Source of the DNA: Vulcanimicrobiota bacterium
GTDB lineage: Bacteria; Vulcanimicrobiota; Vulcanimicrobiia; Vulcanimicrobiales; Vulcanimicrobiaceae
NCBI GenBank assembly: GCA_963777315.1
Contig: CAVZQC010000002.1
Coordinates: 352,001-416,000 of the forward strand
Direction: 5' to 3'
Length of the DNA: 64,000 nucleotides
Under the pieces are notes generated by a model. That model had not been told where the DNA came from, did not search any database, and worked only from the letters and a program-made list of their open reading frames with translations. Shown here piece by piece: positions 61,278 through 64,000 of the stretch (positions are counted from its first letter, which is position 1; the number at the start of each line of letters is the position of its first letter). The translations under genes were made by a program, and so were the position numbers.

Positions 61278-62993
61278 TTACCACGCGACCTTGAAAGTCC
61301 AGGCGTACGCGCCGCTGCGGCGCGCTGCGGGTGGAACGTCGACGATAAGACTGCCCGCGTGCTTGTGCCAGCGCAGCGTACCAGCGTCGTATCCCAGCAG
61401 CGTGATCGTATCGCCGGGTGCTATCGGCACGGGCGCGCGCACGGTTAGGGTCGCAGGCGGACGCGCGAGCGAGATGATGTAAAACGCGCGGTTGGGCTGT
61501 ACGGTAAAACGTAAGCTGCCCTCTGCGGGCGTGCGCCACCAGTAGTGCGAACCGTAAATAGCCTGGCCGTTCACGCGCAGCCACGCTCCGATTGCACGCA
61601 GACGCTGCTGCATGATCGCAGGAATCGTTCCGTCGGCTTTGGGGCCGATATCCAGGAGCAGATTTCCGTTTTTGCTGACCATGTCGACGAGCATCCTGAC
61701 CAGCTCGCCGGCCGTCTTGTAATCTTTGGGCTGCTCGTTGGCGTTGTAGCCGTACGAATATCCCATGCCGCGGCTGGCTTCCCATTTCTTGGCAACGGTC
61801 GTCCCGTACGTACGATATTCGGGCGTGGAGAAATCGTAAACGGTCTGCTCGCGCTCCTCGGCGCCGTCGACCCGGCAGCGATCGTCGATTGCAACGCCCG
61901 CGCCTGCGGCCAGTGCCTGATTGTAAAAGTGCGCTATCGCGCCGGCATCGTGCCAGTACGCGGGCGGCTTCTCCCATTCGCCGTCGCACCAGAGAATCTG
62001 CGGATGATAGCCGTCGACGATCTCGCGCATCTGCACCAGCATGTGATCGTCGACGTAGCTGCGGATCGGCTTGTATCCCGTATACGCGATGGGTTTGCCG
62101 GTGTAGTACTGCGGCACGGGATGATCGGTGTAGGCGGGGTTGTACCATTCGTACAGGGAGTAATACAAACCCGGGTGCAAGTCCGCGGGATGATAACGGC
62201 GCGCGGCGGCAAACAGCGCGCCGACCAAATCTCGGTGCGGCCCCATCTCGACCGCATTGCGGTGCGTCGTCGCGGTTCGAAACAGCGCAAAGCCTTCGTG
62301 GTGTTTCGAGGTGAGAACGAAATAGCGCGCACCGGCTGCATGAAAGAGATCCACCCACGCCTTGGGATCGAAACGCTGCGCGCGGAACTGCGGGATGAAC
62401 TGGTCGTACCGAGAGAGTTTTCCATGCAGCGCAAGCTGCCGCCGATACGTCGGAGAACCGCGTTTGTGCATGGCGTTCCAATACCACTCGGCATACGTGC
62501 CGACGGGAGCCCAAGCCGGCACCGAATACGCGCCCCAGTGAATGAAAATGCCGAATTTCGCAGCGTCGAACCAATCCGGTGCTTCGTGCGTTCGCAACGA
62601 TGCCGGATCGGCGGTGTATTGCGGCACGCCCAGCGTGAGCCGCACGGGCAGTGATGCCGAACAACCGCCGGCGAATGCTGCGACGATGCGGCCTTGCGCC
62701 TGCGAACCGTTGGGAACGCCGGCGGAGGTGATGCCGATCTGCACCGGCGCGCGCTCACCCGGGCCGAGTTCGTCGATCCGTCCCGGAGCAGCGGTCCGCG
62801 CGCCGTTTACGACGACGCGGACCGTCAGCGGACGATGGAAATCGATCCATTGCGAGCCGTCGTTCGAAACGGTGGCCTGTACGATTTGCTGACGGCCGTT
62901 CCCAACAGTCCATTGTTTGGTGGTCGAACGGGCCGACAGAATGCGAACCGAACACGGCAGCTGCGGCGGCGCCGACGCCGGCACCGGCGTCAT
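61278..62993 (-). CDS. Alpha-L-fucosidase GH29 with an extra N-terminal beta domain
   Basis: PDWFDAAKFGIFIHWG.YSVP, KHHEGF, WCDG, WE..RG.G.S.GYN, VSKNGNLLL.IGP; ATG 62993 overlaps the regulator stop. Confidence 0.92.
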   Translation of the reverse strand: MTPVPASAPPQLPCSVRILSARSTTKQWTVGNGRQQIVQATVSNDGSQWIDFHRPLTVRVVVNGARTAAPGRIDELGPGERAPVQIGITSAGVPNGSQAQGRIVAAFAGGCSASLPVRLTLGVPQYTADPASLRTHEAPDWFDAAKFGIFIHWGAYSVPAWAPVGTYAEWYWNAMHKRGSPTYRRQLALHGKLSRYDQFIPQFRAQRFDPKAWVDLFHAAGARYFVLTSKHHEGFALFRTATTHRNAVEMGPHRDLVGALFAAARRYHPADLHPGLYYSLYEWYNPAYTDHPVPQYYTGKPIAYTGYKPIRSYVDDHMLVQMREIVDGYHPQILWCDGEWEKPPAYWHDAGAIAHFYNQALAAGAGVAIDDRCRVDGAEEREQTVYDFSTPEYRTYGTTVAKKWEASRGMGYSYGYNANEQPKDYKTAGELVRMLVDMVSKNGNLLLDIGPKADGTIPAIMQQRLRAIGAWLRVNGQAIYGSHYWWRTPAEGSLRFTVQPNRAFYIISLARPPATLTVRAPVPIAPGDTITLLGYDAGTLRWHKHAGSLIVDVPPAARRSGAYAWTFKVAW

Positions 62994-63664
62994 CCGATCG
63001 CCGCTCGCAGCCACTCTTCCACTCCGGTGATGTGGATGGTGGCCCACGAACGCGCGAGCTCTGCATTGCGCTCGGCAACGGCGTTGTACATCATGCGGTG
63101 CTCCATCAGCGAACGCTCCAGCGCGTGTTCTTGCGTCAATCCGCGCCAAACGCGCGCGCGCGTGGTGGGCGCAACCAGACCTTCGATGATCGAGCAGAGC
63201 ACTTGATTGCCCGAGCCGCTTGCGAGATGGCGATGAAACTCGATGTCGGCCTGCACGAAAGCATCGACCGGCGTATCGAGCGTCGCCTTTTCCAAGGTGA
63301 CGCCGAGGCCGGCGATCTCCTCGTCGCTCATCTGCACGGCAGCCATGGCCACCGCCGCCGGTTCGAGGATGCGCCGGACCTCGAGCAGCTGCAGCAGCGT
63401 CTTGTCGCGATGAAACTCCAGGACGAACTTCATGGCATCCAGCAGCAGCTCCGGCTCCAAGCTGGTCACATACGTGCCGTCGCCTTGCCGCACGTCCAGT
63501 ACTCGTACGAGCGCCAGCGCGCGTACGGCTTCACGCAGGGAGTTGCGCGACAATCCCAGGCGTCCGGCCAGCACCGGCTCTTTGGGCAGCCGATCGCCCG
63601 GTCGCAGTTTGCCCGTCACGATGAGGTCCTTGATTTTTTCGATGGCTTCGTCCGTCAGCGCCAT
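62990..63664 (-). CDS. GntR/FadR-family transcriptional regulator
   Basis: PGDRLP.E..LA..LG.SRNSLREA, RQGDGTYV, FCD domain (D.EFH, EH). Confidence 0.95.
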   Translation of the reverse strand: MALTDEAIEKIKDLIVTGKLRPGDRLPKEPVLAGRLGLSRNSLREAVRALALVRVLDVRQGDGTYVTSLEPELLLDAMKFVLEFHRDKTLLQLLEVRRILEPAAVAMAAVQMSDEEIAGLGVTLEKATLDTPVDAFVQADIEFHRHLASGSGNQVLCSIIEGLVAPTTRARVWRGLTQEHALERSLMEHRMMYNAVAERNAELARSWATIHITGVEEWLRAAIG

Positions 63665-63682
63665 GGTTGGCTAAACAGTATG

Positions 63683-63757
63683 ACATCGGACTTTTGCAGC
63701 CCCGCCTAGCACGGCCGCTATTTGGGGAATCGTCGGAAAGGTGCCAAACATCGGATG
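63683..63757. promoter_or_regulatory. Candidate FadR-type operators
   Basis: Palindrome CATC-G-GATG at 63749-63757 and a partial copy ACATCGGA at 63683-63690, in the divergent gntR/fucD gap. Confidence 0.5.
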
Positions 63758-63773
63758 ACTGAACCTGCCCGGC

Positions 63774-64000
63774 ATGAGCCCGGTCTTTACCGCAGTGGAG
63801 ACCTTCGATCTGCGATTTCCTACCTCGAAGCAGTTCTACGGCTCGGATGCCATGAATCCCGACCCCGACTATTCCGCGGCGTACGTCATCCTGCGTACCG
63901 ATGCAGACGACGGCCACGAAGGGCACGGATTCGCCTTCACGATTGGGCGGGGCAACGACGTTCAGCTGGCCGGCATACGCGCGCTCGCGCCGCTCGTCGT
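63774..64000 (+). CDS. L-fuconate dehydratase (enolase superfamily), 5' part
   Basis: My translation: [43 protein letters not shown]...[13 protein letters not shown], the FucD/ENOSF1 N-terminal signature. Confidence 0.88.
   Translation, partial: MSPVFTAVETFDLRFPTSKQFYGSDAMNPDPDYSAAYVILRTDADDGHEGHGFAFTIGRGNDVQLAGIRALAPLV

Noticed and set aside
60643..62664. 673-aa alternative-frame ORF over the fucosidases
   Set aside because: Same-strand off-frame ORF, Arg-rich, no motifs.

Overview
GC-rich bacterial chromosome segment containing the replication origin. Left third: partial bamA, a large tamB/DUF490 gene, then gyrB-DUF721(dciA-like)-recF-dnaN-dnaA, with DnaA boxes on both sides of dnaA and DnaA-trios next to dnaN. 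The divergent run is rpmH-rnpA-yidD-yidC-jag-mnmE-mnmG-rsmG-(parS-like)-cca-parA-parB-small membrane protein-thiE-thiD-trpS. A Terrabacteria-type origin gene order combined with outer-membrane machinery (BamA, TamB, usher, secretin) suggests a diderm Terrabacteria lineage such as Eremiobacterota/Vulcanimicrobiota (inference only). Next is a selenocysteine formate dehydrogenase operon (fdnG with in-frame TGA and SECIS hairpin, fdnH, nrfD). About 30.2-55.0 kb is a surface-appendage island: a Csu/spore-coat-U chaperone-usher pilus operon with four tandem subunits, acyltransferase and GT-C-type glycosyltransferase genes, a divergent Tad/Flp pilus locus with a CpaE-CpaF fusion, and a P-loop/BTAD regulator. 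The two pilus loci share a near-identical 37-bp upstream element (33/37 identical), which is the most notable signal. The right end is a fucoside utilisation cluster (GH3, sodium:solute symporter, two GH29 fucosidases, GntR/FadR regulator, partial L-fuconate dehydratase). At least eight single-base frameshifts in unrelated genes look like uncorrected read or assembly indels.
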